Origin: Laetmonice hystrix
Taxonomy: Eukaryota
Assembly (NCBI GenBank): GCA_965235115.1
Contig: OZ249436.1
Span: 53,198,001-53,262,000 of the forward strand
Reading direction: 5' to 3'
Length of the DNA stretch: 64,000 bases
Every line of letters starts with the position of its first letter. The stretch's first letter is position 1. The notes below the pieces were generated by a model, which did not search any database, was not told the DNA's origin, and worked only from the letters and a program-made list of their open reading frames with translations. A program made the translations under genes and the position numbers. This document shows, one piece after another, positions 52,901 to 64,000 of this stretch.

Positions 52901-53221
52901 CGTTACTGGTCCATTGATCATAAAGACATATTGCTTCTATTATATTATATCAGTAGTCCCCTAGAAAACTTAGGCAGGTAACGCCCAACATGCCCCTTGT
53001 TTTAGGAATGCTAAACGAGCTAGCTCAGCGTAAGGAAAAGCATCTGTTAAGGAATCGGCGGAAGAAATTGCCAAAAACACTAAAAATGGTTCGAGTTTGT
53101 ATAAGCCTACAGTTTCAATGCAGCGTACCCTCCCCCTCCCCCTAAAAAATAGAATACCGCGCCGCGCAGCCCGGGCCGTCTGCATTCTGAGTTTGCTGAT
53201 GCTGTACTAAAGGAACGCCAG

Positions 53222-53314
53222 GCCAGTTGCATGACTGTCCGTTCGTTAATTTCCCCATGTATTTTCAGTGGGAATTTTAACGAACGGACAGTCAGTCATT
53301 CGTGTATTGCCGCC
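53222..53314. mobile_element. Small hairpin MITE inserted at the inner edge of the left inverted repeat
   Basis: tgactgtccgttcgttaa...ttaacgaacggacagtca; CAG at 53219-53221 and 53315-53317. Confidence 0.7.
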
Positions 53315-53658
53315 CAGGTGCTTTTGGCGACAGGTTTTAAGGGAAACTATCTTTCGCTAACAACGTGAACAATTCATTTCTAAAAACTACCATACATCCC
53401 TCTAAACATGCACACCATTTATTTCTCACTATAACATGCAAAATATTAAAAACTGCAGGATGTTAATTATATGCCTTAGTATGCCATACATCTGCCTTGT
53501 AGGAACAAGGAAGAGTTTTTAATCAATACAATTATATAGAAGTTTAAAAGTGAACCTTGTAGGAGCAATGGAGATTTTGTAATCAATTAGCACATTTAGT
53601 ATCGACGATTTATTTCCCTCAAAACATAACTGCAAGGCTTGGAAATGTTGCTAAGTGG

Positions 53659-53845
53659 CTAAATTCATGTAGCGGCCCCATGTAGGCATACAACCTAAAT
53701 TCGTGTAGCGGCCCCACGTAGGCATGCAACCTAAATTCGTGTAGCGGCCCCACGTAGGCATGCAACCTAAATTCGTGTAGCGGCCCCATGTAGGCATACA
53801 ACCTAAATTCGTGTAGCGGCCCCATGTAGGCATACAACCTAAATT
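53659..53845. repeat. 36-bp tandem repeat x5 in the 3' UTR of the two-TM gene
   Basis: ctaaattcgtgtagcggcccca(t/c)gtaggcat(a/g)caac. Confidence 0.95.
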
Positions 53846-53867
53846 TCAAAGGGCACTACCTTCGCAA

Positions 53868-54198
53868 TCACACAAAAGTTTGTTTTGTAAATGAGCAGTC
53901 CCATTGAGGTTTATTAGGGAGAGGGTATATGAATTTAGTCTCCTCGCGCTCATCATACAGGTGAAGGGTGGAACATTCATGAGACTGTATCGTCTGGCTG
54001 TGATGTGGAGCCAGACCTTGTGTTTTCGTGGACATGGTAACGTCGTCAGTGTCCTCCTTATCAACAAGGCAACCCCGATTGGGTTGGACGAGTGTGTCGT
54101 CGACGTTGGATGTCAACGTCCATTTCCAGTTCCCGTCTCTATCTGTTGGACTCCAATAGAATGCAGGTTTGTCTTCCGCTTTAGACCTCCAGAGCGAC
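53868..54198 (-). CDS. Two-TM protein, last coding exon (RSLWRSKAEDKPAFYW...KQTFV*)
   Basis: Acceptor TTCCTGTAATAG|G, phase 2 matching the upstream donor; open to stop; AATAAA on - at 53609-53614 and 53418-53423. Confidence 0.7.
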
Positions 54199-54447
54199 CT
54201 ATTACAGGAACACATTTGATAAATAAAGCCCCAATCACGCACGTTTAACGATTTTAACCTACTTATTCATGCTGATGTCTTCAGCGATAGCAAGAGAGGG
54301 AGAAGACGGGGATCAACAGGGTCAATTTAGAAAGCTCTGTGTGAAAAAAAGAAGACCAATATGGTGGTGAATTGAGGGTTAAACACCCAGACCCCCCGAT
54401 TGGATCCGCCGCTGCTGACAGACCCCCTGGAAAGTATACTTTCATAC

Positions 54448-55376
54448 CTGGGGAACGCAATATCCTTGTGCTCAGGCTTGTTTTCTGGGTGATTGCTACT
54501 CCCAACTGCAGTGATATCATAGAGGTGTGATGAAGTGGGTCTCGTGATAAAATATTTCCAGTTGACGTAATCACACCGTGGTGTAAGTGGAATCCGGGCT
54601 TTCCGGACGTGGATCCCCTGGTTCAGGAAATCTCTATCGGAGGCGCAGGAAATGTCGTCACACAAATCTTGGCCACGCCCAAGGTCATCTGGCTGTAACG
54701 TTGCGTTATCACAATCCCCTATTTTTTGTTGAGGCCTTGACGGTTGGAGACAGCTTCGTGAATCTTGGACTTTTTCATCAGCATTTCTTCTTTTCCTCGA
54801 CAGAAACCTCTCACTCCTAGCTTTTGTATACACTGGTCGAGTGTCGTCTGGGTTGGACTTGGGGCAATACTTGGTAAAACCACGATTCTTATGTCCAGTT
54901 GGATTGTAGACATTACCTTTGCGTAGATTCGGTGTAGGCCTAAATGGTTTTGTATGTCCGTTTCTAGTTCTTATCTTTTTAAAATAAATGTAGGAAGCGA
55001 GTGCCAACACGCAGGCAATTGCTAACACTGCAGGACCAACTAGTCTGTATGTCTTCCGCTCCGTCCAGAAAATAGACTTCCCTCCTATTGCCTGGTGAAG
55101 AGCACACAGACAGATCGTGGCTCCGATGGCAAATAGAAAAACTGCCGACACCAGAAAAAGATACGCCAGTCGCCTGAGGCCTACATGTCTTATTTTGTCC
55201 GATGTGATTCCCCATTTTGATCTAAGAATCACATATCTCCGATTCCTCTGACGCCTATGGGTTGCACTTTTTGACCTCGTGTGACTCAGTCCCTTTGAAG
55301 TACTCACGTCTGTTTGTGTTTCTGTACACGATTTGTCGCTTGTCGGTGATCCTCGACGCCCTTCATCGCAATCCAT
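54448..55376 (-). CDS. Uncharacterised two-TM membrane protein, first coding exon (419 aa spliced)
   Basis: Long ORF with two hydrophobic helices (LAYLFLVSAVFLFAIGATICLCAL; LVGPAVLAIACVLALASYIYF) and a basic tail; donor CCCAG|GTATGA; upstream acceptor at 55427 and donor AAG|GTATGT at 55722/55721. Confidence 0.75.
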
Positions 55377-56835
55377 CTCGTTGGACTCTAAAAGTCCTCT
55401 CGTTAAATCCACGATTAAACGATTAACTTTAAAGAAAAGAAAGGAACTTCATTGCCTGTGACATGCATAATAATTTTTGCCCTATTTACAACTAACTGAT
55501 TGCTATTCAGATGTTTCGGATATGGAATTTTCAGTCACGTATAACACAGCTAACGTATAACAGGTATATCCTTTTTGGTAAAGCTAGAATTTTCGTGGAA
55601 TATAGTTCGGACTATTATAGTCAGTTACTTCGACAGTTAAAAATGTAGGCTACCCGGTACTATCTGCTACATCAGTAGCCTATTGCTGTTGTTAAAGTAC
55701 CATTTTACCAAAGAGACATACCTTTTAAGCGTCTGAATCTGCACATGGGTTGCAATGTACACGAATTAGTTCAAGTTGTCTGGCGTTCCTTTAGTACAGC
55801 ATCAGCAAACTCAGAATGCAGACAACCCGGGCTGCGCGGCGCTGTGTTCTATATTGGAGTAGGCCTATAAGGTAGGCCTGTTGAAAAACGTAACATCTGG
55901 CGTCAAATACGATCGAGCCATGCGATCGTCCCCGATCTGCATGCGGGTCGCGTTTTGACGTTTCGCCAGTTTGGCACCTTCTACCTTGTCTTCCAGATTA
56001 CCCCATCCCACGGCCACCCACCGCACAGTTTCAAAAACACCCAGGGGATCCAAGGGGCCCAGGGGGCATGCCCCCTTAGATTTTCCTTCTTTTTTGATGA
56101 AGATGTTATGACTAATATAAAATAAAACATTTAGATGTGTGTTAATAGAAATTATTTAGTGCGTGTGCAATACAATGAAATTATGGCGAGCGTAGGGAGG
56201 CTAACACATTCTTTGGGTGGGCCACCCTTATCAAAATCCTGGATCCCCAACTGAAAAATAAGGTCTACCGGCAAGCAAGCGCACAGACCACAAAACAGCG
56301 GGTCGACCAAACATTTGGCAGAAATTGGAACTGACATTCATTTTTATGCAAAAGTAAGCCCTGAATTTTTCCTTTAACGTGCCAAAGATCTTTTGTACAC
56401 ACCTACACAAGGATGGACATACATGACTCCTCTTTTCATGCTGTCAGGAATATGCGGGTACGGCGAGCTGTGGAGGCCTATATAGATCCCAGGGACGTCG
56501 ATATTGTGGCCCTTGAACTTACTGGAGGGGGGGGGGGGGCTGCACAAGGCTACAGTTGCTTGGATGGAGGCCGGAGGAAACCATGACTTCAATAAAAAGT
56601 GGGAATAAAATTTAGAACGTAACGACGGTGGTGTACGGGAAGACGTAGATGACTACCATGGGGCCCACGAGTTTTTTGCTGGCCTGCTGATGGTATACGG
56701 ATCCAGCAAAACACGAATGGGACATTCTCGCGTAGTAGGCCTATAAGGCCTACCCGTAGTAGGTACACCAACCGAGTTAGATCTATGCGTTCTATCTGTA
56801 TAGTGTATACCACGATCCAATCCACTTTTTTTTAT

Positions 56836-57000
56836 GCCCGGTCCACACTACACGATTTTCAGTCGGGGATCGGCTATCTGAGAAATCGCCGACTGACTCG
56901 TCTTATCTAGTCGCCGATTGCACGCACACTACACGACTGTCAGTCGGCGATTGCTCAGATAGCCGATCCCCGACTGAAAATCGTGTCGTGTGCACCGGGC
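56836..57000. mobile_element. Palindromic MITE (~60-bp TIRs)
   Basis: gcccgg..cacac.acacgattttcagtcggggatcggctatctgag.aatcgccgactga is mirrored at the right end. Confidence 0.85.
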
Positions 57001-57832
57001 TCACCCTCTACTGATTATACGCACCGATAACACCATTCCCATCAGTAGCCAGATGTGATGTAAGGAGATCGGCACCACAAATTGGGAACTTGGGAGGCCG
57101 GCGAAAACTCTACTTCTCGTTTTATTGAACGATGCTTTCAAAACATTTTATAGACAGTTAGGCCTAGTCGATGCACCCCCACCTCAATTTGCCCATTTTC
57201 TTTTCAAGGTCAATGGGGGAACCGCCCACAGCCCCCTCCCAATTTGCAGCGCCTACATACGACGTTTGTTATTTCCAGCATCTCCCTGGGTCCAGTTTCT
57301 GGGTACGCCACTGTTCCCACTTTGACCTCCCCCCCCCCCCCCCCGATTGGGCGCCCGGCCCATTTAAATCCAATATCTAGAGCAACAGGGCCATACGGTT
57401 TCCAACACCTTTTAGAAAATTGCATTAGAATTAAAAGGCTTTACTTGTTATGGTTAAAGGCCAAGGGCGCGTCGAGACATATTGAATACAGTTGAGTTAA
57501 ACATATACCTAACTAACACTAACGAACCGAAGGAGATAAATATGGTATCAATTTTCATTAAAAAAAGATAACAAAAATTCCAATATCCTAATCTACTTGT
57601 TTATCTATCGGAAAACGGCCGTGTGTTACTCTATTCCTTTCCAAAGACATCATGTATTGTAATCAGTTTTTTCTTTTGTTATCTTCGCTGGTCTCAGTAA
57701 AGTGACTACTAAATAAATCTACGACTAAAGGGATTGGAATAAACTTTATTGCAATTTCAAAGTACTATGTGAATTTATACAGTGTATAAAAATTATGAAT
57801 ATTCACGTCCCTTTCAAAACATAAAAAATCAT

Positions 57833-57991
57833 TTACAAAACTGTACTGGTTTCTGAAGTTGTCGGCATGACAGTCGTTGTAGACACTATCTTTGCTTGGC
57901 TTTTGTCATGAAAGACAAAAATATCTGTGGCAATACACTGGAATATAATGACGCAGCAGAGGACCCACATGTACCAATGCTTGTCAGCACC
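57833..57991 (-). CDS. TMEM243: TMEM243-like last exon (GADKHWYMWVLCCVIIFQCIATDIFVFHD...VL*)
   Basis: CTTGCAG| acceptor, TM helix ending FHD as in TMEM243; AATAAA on - at 57745-57750. Confidence 0.8.
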   Translation of the reverse strand, partial: GADKHWYMWVLCCVIIFQCIATDIFVFHDKSQAKIVSTTTVMPTTSETSTVL

Positions 57992-58416
57992 CTGCAAGAG
58001 CAATATTCACTGTCATAATCAAAGTCACTGGTTGTGTTTTTACCAAATTTACCTATTATTACTTAGGCCCATATGACTATATATTTCTCTATGTTTCCAT
58101 AGAAAGGTCTCAATAGAGCATCTTAAAAATACCAAACAAAAGCACCTCGACACTACTAATGCCATGAGGCTTTAAACACGATACTCATTTACTGGCTTAT
58201 AAAAATTAGTGAGTACCGGGAGTGTGCGAGTATCACAGCTGCACTGCTGTAAATCTACCACTTGTGGAAAGAAAATACTGTTTCAACCAGCGCTACCAGC
58301 CGTATTTCTGATTAAACCAGGAATCAATAAATCATCACTTTGATAGATCTTTAACTTCATTAACCTTTACCCCATGAATATTATAACATTGCAAATAAAA
58401 TCACGCTTCTACCTAC

Positions 58417-58443
58417 CAAATCACCCATTCTGTACCACCATGC
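58417..58443 (-). CDS. TMEM243: TMEM243-like 27-nt micro-exon (AWWYRMGDL)
   Basis: TTTCAG|...|GTAGGT; matches the WYRxGDL motif I recall from TMEM243. Confidence 0.8.
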
Positions 58444-58635
58444 CTGAAATAGGACAAATCAAATGTTACGATAATGTTAAAATAATCTTAAATAATGCAG
58501 GGTTCATTCATAACATTTTTTAGGACAAAATATTAATCATGATCTTACACAGTGTACTTCATTTGAGCCACATCATTTGCTAGTATTCACTTAGGTCTTA
58601 CTTATAACCATTTTAGAATATAAAATATTACTTAC

Positions 58636-58661
58636 ATTTACAACTGCTACGAAAGTGCTGA
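58636..58661 (-). CDS. TMEM243: TMEM243-like 26-nt micro-exon (ISTFVAVVN)
   Basis: TTTTAACAG|...|GTAAGT; phase 1/0 restores frame. Confidence 0.75.
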
Positions 58662-58811
58662 CTGTTAAAAGAACAAAAAGTAGAAAAACATAAATATTTT
58701 AATTGAGTAAATCTTGTAAAACTGTGATGGAACTGAAACAAGAGGATTAAGAAGACTACAAAGATTCCCAAAACAAAAATAGTCCTTGCCTTTGGATCTT
58801 TAGTTACTTAC

Positions 58812-58884
58812 TGATCAGATTGCAGGCTAGGAGATAATACATGCCGTTTCCACTTCCTCTTACCAGACAGAAAATGAAGCCAAG
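58812..58884 (-). CDS. TMEM243: TMEM243-like exon (LGFIFCLVRGSGNGMYYLLACNLI)
   Basis: CTTTCAG|...|GTAAGT; phase 0/1. Confidence 0.75.
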
Positions 58885-59038
58885 CTGAAAGACGAGTAAA
58901 AGTCGTCACATGTTGTACAATACTGCCACTTCCAGTGATGTATTTGGTTGTTTTGTTGGAGAGTTTTGAGAACAACGACGTCAGTGAGATCAGACCATCG
59001 TTACAGCTTACAAGACCTATTTTAAAAGCTATACTTAC

Positions 59039-59086
59039 AATGACCATGATCGCAGTGGCTGCACCAAGGACACGTGTGCCCACAAC
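59039..59086 (-). CDS. TMEM243: TMEM243-like exon (VVGTRVLGAATAIMVI)
   Basis: CTTTCAG|...|GTAAGT; 48 nt, phase 0/0. Confidence 0.8.
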
Positions 59087-60729
59087 CTGAAAGATGTAGG
59101 TTAGGATGATATTGGTAAATATTGTTCCCCACTTGGCACTACATATAGTACCTGAAAACAGATGTATTTCACAGGATAATATTGTGGGTGGTACTGTAGC
59201 TCATTTAGCATAAGAATTAAACTTTATAATTCCTGTACCACTTTTCTTCAGCTTTCATGAGAGGTCAAACAAAGCAGTTTTATAGCTTTCGTTCACTTTT
59301 TGCAGGGCACCTGTTTCGAGGGTGTGTTCTCAGCGCACCATATGCAAGTGTTGTCATCAGCTTTCTGCTGCAATGAGGCAGATTGCAAGGGTGTTGACCG
59401 AGACGAACTGTGTTTTTTCATGCTACCATTTTGCTGCGACCGTTTTGTAGAGTCACGAGAGTATGTACATGCAGCATTGACCTTGTGCGATGAACCAGGC
59501 CCATCCATAGGTTTCATCATAGAAGTTCTTTAGATGGTTTCATGGAGGCTTCCACAAACTCATCACAAGGAATATCAAGGCACTCTGCGACAGCTATCGT
59601 ACGCCTAGTCTCACTATGGGCTACTCTTCATCAAAATAATGGACAGACAACCTATGTCAGAGACAATTCATATGTTTAGTTATAAATTGTGTACCTTTGA
59701 TTTACACCCAGAAAGATTATATGTTCATTATAGACATTTACCAACTATGATGTGGTGCATTAAGGATTAAACCACTGTTCTTAGATGTTCAGTTTGTATT
59801 CATTGTCTGCTTCCAGCATCTTAAGTTAACAAAGTAACAATAAAATCTCTTGGGTGACATATATGTTCTCCATTGATCGTTTACCCCAGCTGTCGTTTGT
59901 GAAGTTGTTTTATTAATGAAGGCAGGACAGTCATAGGGACAGAGTCCCCCATCACAGGGAACCCGTAATACAGGTGTTTTCTCACCTGCTATTGTTTCCC
60001 ACCTCTGTGAAGCAGCTCGGATGAACGTACCGAGGGTCCGAGGGCAAATCAAAATCCCCCCTTGAGTTGGGGGCTAAAAAACACTGCAGTTTTTTATGTA
60101 CGGTAGGTCTACGCTAGCATAATTTCTTTTCTGCCCTGTCCAGATTTCTTTCCTGCTATTTATCGGAAAAGATAAATATCCAGAAAAGGCTTCCAGAGAT
60201 CAGGTAGATATCTAGGCCTAAAACCTAACAGAATCTGGCAAGCAGCATCTATTTTATTTATAGAAATCTCAGTCAAGAAGGGAAATTTGTTAGGAGCAAA
60301 ATGTGCAGGATACATATCACAGCGACAGATCCCGGTTCGTGCCAAGGGGGGGGGGGGGTACCGTGGGGGGCAGGTACCAAGGGTGGGGAAGGGGATGGGT
60401 GGGGGGAAGGGGATGGGTGGGGGGTGGGGGTACCAAGACAAGGGTGTGCACACTTCGTATGCTACGTGTATCGCTGTGCAAGGAGAAAACCCCCATACCC
60501 CCCACCCCCACCCCCGAAAGGCCATTGATTGACTGGAGGAAAATATAAAAGATAGCAGCCAAAATGTTCAGTGTAGCCTACAGTTCTCAGTGAAGTGTAC
60601 GGGTTTGTACTGTTCGGCTACCGTAGCCGTAACAGTCACTGACTTAGCCTTAGGCCTACTGTGTTGGACTTGGAGTTGAAGCCCCTTTCAATGACACCCT
60701 CTCGCCAGTAGCCAGGGTGTTACACTTAC

Positions 60730-60835
60730 AATATTGGGAGACACATTCACCGAACTATTTTCGCGTCCAAACGGTGTCGATGTGCTCGGTGTCGTTGGCG
60801 TGCGTATTGGGGCGGCTTGTGACATCGTTCCTCTT
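60730..60835 (-). CDS. TMEM243: TMEM243-like N-terminal exon (RRGT-MSQAAPIRTP...PFGRENSSVNVSPNI); internal ATG at 60825
   Basis: Donor ATT|GTAAGT phase 0; CpG-rich. Confidence 0.65.
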
Positions 60836-60907
60836 CTGACACACTGGCCACCATCGGTACTATCACATCAAGAATCACATGACAGACTTCGGGCGAGGTT
60901 CCCCTAC

Positions 60908-60951
60908 CTGCCGCTCCGCTCCTTGGCGCTGGTGGTTCCTGGCTTCGCCAT
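60908..60951 (-). CDS. TMEM243: Candidate first coding exon of the TMEM243-like gene (MAKPGTTSAKERSG)
   Basis: Strong context GCCACTATGG; CAG|GTAGGG donor; a 72-nt intron joins it in frame to 60835. Confidence 0.45.
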
Positions 60952-62737
60952 AGTGGCGACATCTGGCGTCTATTTGTTCAATGAACGCGGAAGTTCAGTT
61001 TCGCAGTGTGGAGTGATGTCAGTATCACAGACATGACAGATGAGCGATCATCAAAGAGCAGGCCTACTCTCTAGATGGTATCATGCACTAGAGTACAGGG
61101 CCGTCGGAACCAGGGGGGGGGGGGGGGGGCATCCCCCCCCCCCCACTTTTTCACCCAGGATGAAAATCTTGAAGAGCCATTTTTTCAAGCTTCTGAACAT
61201 TAGGGCCTAGCCCCCGCTATTTCCAGAGGGTGGATAGGCTACTAACTATACTATAGACTATAGTAGGCCTATACTATAGTTTTTTTTATACTAGGCTAAC
61301 TAGCCTACATGTTAGGCCTAATATTGTGTTCGCTATGGATGACGACCTGTGAGTGTGACAGAGTCTCTGAGGCCTGGCACTGAACTTCCCGGCGTAAGAT
61401 ATGCAACTTTGGAAGTCGATAAAATTACATAAAATACAAAAAAAATTACAAAAAAACGTAGGCCTAAATTAGAAAATTTAGCTACCTTATAGCCGCGTCA
61501 TGCACTAGGGTTAGGGACTGTACATATCGAGTGGCCTAGATGCCTAGCCATATCCAATAGATGGCGATTGTGGCGCCCCCCCCCCCCCCCTTATTTGCAG
61601 ACTAACTTTTTAAAGTTCTAGGCTAATTGCTAATGAAAAAAAAGAAGCTATTTTCAGCCAACTCTAGAGACCTTAGTCTAGATTTTCTTCCCAGATGCCA
61701 GGAAAACGCGTAGCCTAGATCTAGGCCTATTTGTCACTTTAATTTTCAAATTTTTGTGGGGGAGGGCCCAGGGCCCGGTTTTTTGGTTTACTTTTCCTAC
61801 GTGAGCAAGGGTGAGCTGAGCTGAGCAAGGGTGAGCAGAAGCTCATGCTCACCGTTTTGCTCACTGTTTTCGTTTTTTGGGGTGTTTTTCCGCGAGCTGA
61901 TGAAAAAAAGCAACCAAAAAAACACTGTAGTGTAGTACTAGTAGGCCTACCTTACTGTAGTGTTTGCATGGCTACTATAGGCCAGCCGGTAAGATGTAGG
62001 CCTAAGGACTTCTCACTCTACTGGTTGGCCTCCCACACTGTTTGGCCCCACAGTGTAGACTCTACTGTTTGGCCTCAGCCACGGTGTACTCTTTGGCCTC
62101 ACTGTATAGTGTTCGCTTGGGTGCTAGGCCAGCCAGTAGGCCTATACCTTGTAGCAATTCCCCCCTGTATTGTTTGGCCTCCCTGTACCGTTTGCTTCTA
62201 TACAAGAGTAGCCAGTAGTATAGGGACGCCTCCTGTTTCATGTTTCCATGCCTTTATTGTCCAGGAGGCAGGCCATACGTTTCGTCTATCATCTACTCCC
62301 ATCTAATCTGTGTCCCCTACAGACCATCTGTAGATCTAAGCGTCCGACAACGTTGTCAGGTGAATCTTCCCAATGACTGTTTGCCGTAAAGGTTTAGTTA
62401 ACAATGGCAAATGACGTTGTACGCCTTTTCTATATCAGATATCCCACTCCCAAGTAACAAACAAACAAAGGTTACACAGAGGTGTTACAGGCAGAAAACA
62501 CCAGGGTGCAGCGGCGCTGACTGCATTGCCGCCTTCCGGCCAGCGGTGGAATCATCACCTGTGGCACTTAGGCGAGATACAGGTTAAAGCAATGATAAGC
62601 GCAAAATGGCTACATTTTTGATACGTCAAATTAAAACTACGCCCCCCCCCCAAATAAATTATGATTCTTAGGCCAGATGTATAACTGTCGAACGTATAGG
62701 TCTCGTACGTTCGCTACAGATATATGGTTGTGATGTG

Positions 62738-63805
62738 GTAAGGTCGGGTAATATGGGCATAGCGGGTAATGTGGGCACCCTGCATATTTCATAATCTATG
62801 CAGAATTGGTGCTGCCACCTTGTGTTACACTGTAGTTCGGTTTATGACGTTGATGACGCGCGTCTTTGATTGTCAAGGTTGTTAAGATCGTTGAGGTGAG
62901 TCGCTTTGCCTGTTTTTTGTTCATTTCCTTAAGATTTTTCTATGAACATGATGCCTTCTAGATTCTGAAGAAATTGGAGTATGGTGGTCATTTGAGTTTT
63001 GAGAGGTTGTAAACCTTCCGAAGAAAGAGCAGCGATGACGATAATAGGCGAATACCGATCGCGTATTTGATGCCGGCGAAGAATTTGGCGCGCTATCCCG
63101 CTGGGTAATATGGGCCCCACCACGAAATCCAATATGAGCACGGTGCTCATATTACCCCAAGTGGTGCCCATATTATCCGCGCTGAATTTATTGCACTTAG
63201 GGCCTATAGTAGGCCTATAGAGAGGTCTAGGCCTAGGGTGTTATACTCCTAATGATGCAATGTCATTCCATGATCTGATTAAATGTCCTTGGACAATGGC
63301 TCAACCCAAAGCAACGACCAAAAAGCGAAAGATCCGTCATGCTACCATTATATTATAACAAGTTCTCCCCATAAACTGGAAGTCGAGGCAAAGAAAAAAA
63401 GATCAAGTGCCAAAGCAAAATCTGAGATGGTTTGTAGGAAGAAGAGGCTCATAGGCCTAGATCTAGGCCTAGAAATATCTACCGATGGAATTAAGTGTGC
63501 ATCCAACAAAAAAACAAGAAAACACCAGCCAAGTGGGTCCAAAGCTACTAACAAGAAAGGGGGCGAAATAACGAAGACTGGGAAGAGAAAAAAAACTCAA
63601 CAACGAAGCGGACGGTTTTGGATAGGCCTATAGGCCTAGTGTTAATATTGCAAAGCATTGATGCACGGTGAATGTGCCGGCGTCGGAAAAGATCAATTTT
63701 CCTTTCAATGTGACTTGTGTTAAAAAGTTTTGATCATAGAGTCTAAGCGTTGCAAAGGTGTCCCCGGAAGAACATGTACAAATTTAGGCCCATATTCCGC
63801 CGCAC
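62738..63805 (+). pseudogene. Decayed pogo/Tc1-mariner-like DNA transposon with C-terminal transposase remnant
   Basis: Repeated gggtaatatgggc / gcccatatt sub-terminal motifs; one frame 63283-63723 gives IITSSPHKLEVEAKKK..., then WI-x-C-x-YCKALMHGECAG...FQCDLC*, a PHD-like tail typical of pogo-type transposases; in-frame stops. Confidence 0.6.
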
Positions 63806-64000
63806 AGTCTTGTAGGCCCTACTTGCCGCTAACAGGATTGTGGACCCATTTTAAGTCTACGGAAAGAGAAAAAGGGTCCACACTCCGTCTATAGCCTAGC
63901 CTAATATAGACGGTCCGTCCTGGGGAGTATAGGAACACTGGTAGGCCTAGCATTTAGTCGTGAGAACTTTCGTTGTTGTGGTAAAAGTAAGACAGATTGT

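Larger units (their letters stand above)
53149..55852. mobile_element. TIR-bounded ~2.7-kb cassette carrying a spliced gene
   Basis: 53149-53221 and 55780-55852 are reverse complements at 69/73 positions; flanks read AT|AGAA...TTCT|AT. Confidence 0.6.

Noticed and set aside
53659..53845. 36-bp repeats of CRISPR-like length
   Set aside because: Head-to-tail with no unique spacers, eukaryotic context, no cas genes.
54327..54447. C-terminus of the unspliced 361-aa ORF
   Set aside because: Lies past a good donor (54448) whose phase matches the next exon; likely intron read-through into a repeat.
59039..59086. CGHTCPWCSHCDHGH zinc-finger-like reading
   Set aside because: Alternative frame of a TMEM243-like exon; the phase-0 reading is the one consistent with neighbouring exons.
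60340..60520. G-tract clusters (potential G-quadruplexes)
   Set aside because: Poly-G/C tracts occur throughout the window within common repeats; nothing specific here.

Overview
Eukaryotic invertebrate-type genomic DNA (GT-AG introns, SINE/MITE-rich; mollusc-like lophotrochozoan is my tentative guess). Three genes are supported. (1) A CCR4/CNOT6 deadenylase on +, with seven phase-consistent shared exons (37993-48359) encoding an intact EEP nuclease domain and a long 3' UTR. I found no LRR exons in the window. A 509-codon exon (28852-30379) and several micro first exons have phase-1 donors that join the shared exons in frame, suggesting LRR-less isoforms from internal promoters. (2) A spliced 419-aa two-TM gene on - (55376-53868) lying wholly between 73-bp inverted repeats: a candidate gene-carrying TIR element. 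(3) A TMEM243-like gene on - (60951-57833) with 26- and 27-nt micro-exons. Also present: a triplicated CNOT6 splice acceptor, MITEs, minisatellites, a decayed pogo-like transposase, and regionally partitioned TA-NNNN-TA palindromes that appear to be 6-bp insertions. All gene models are read by eye and need RNA-seq confirmation.
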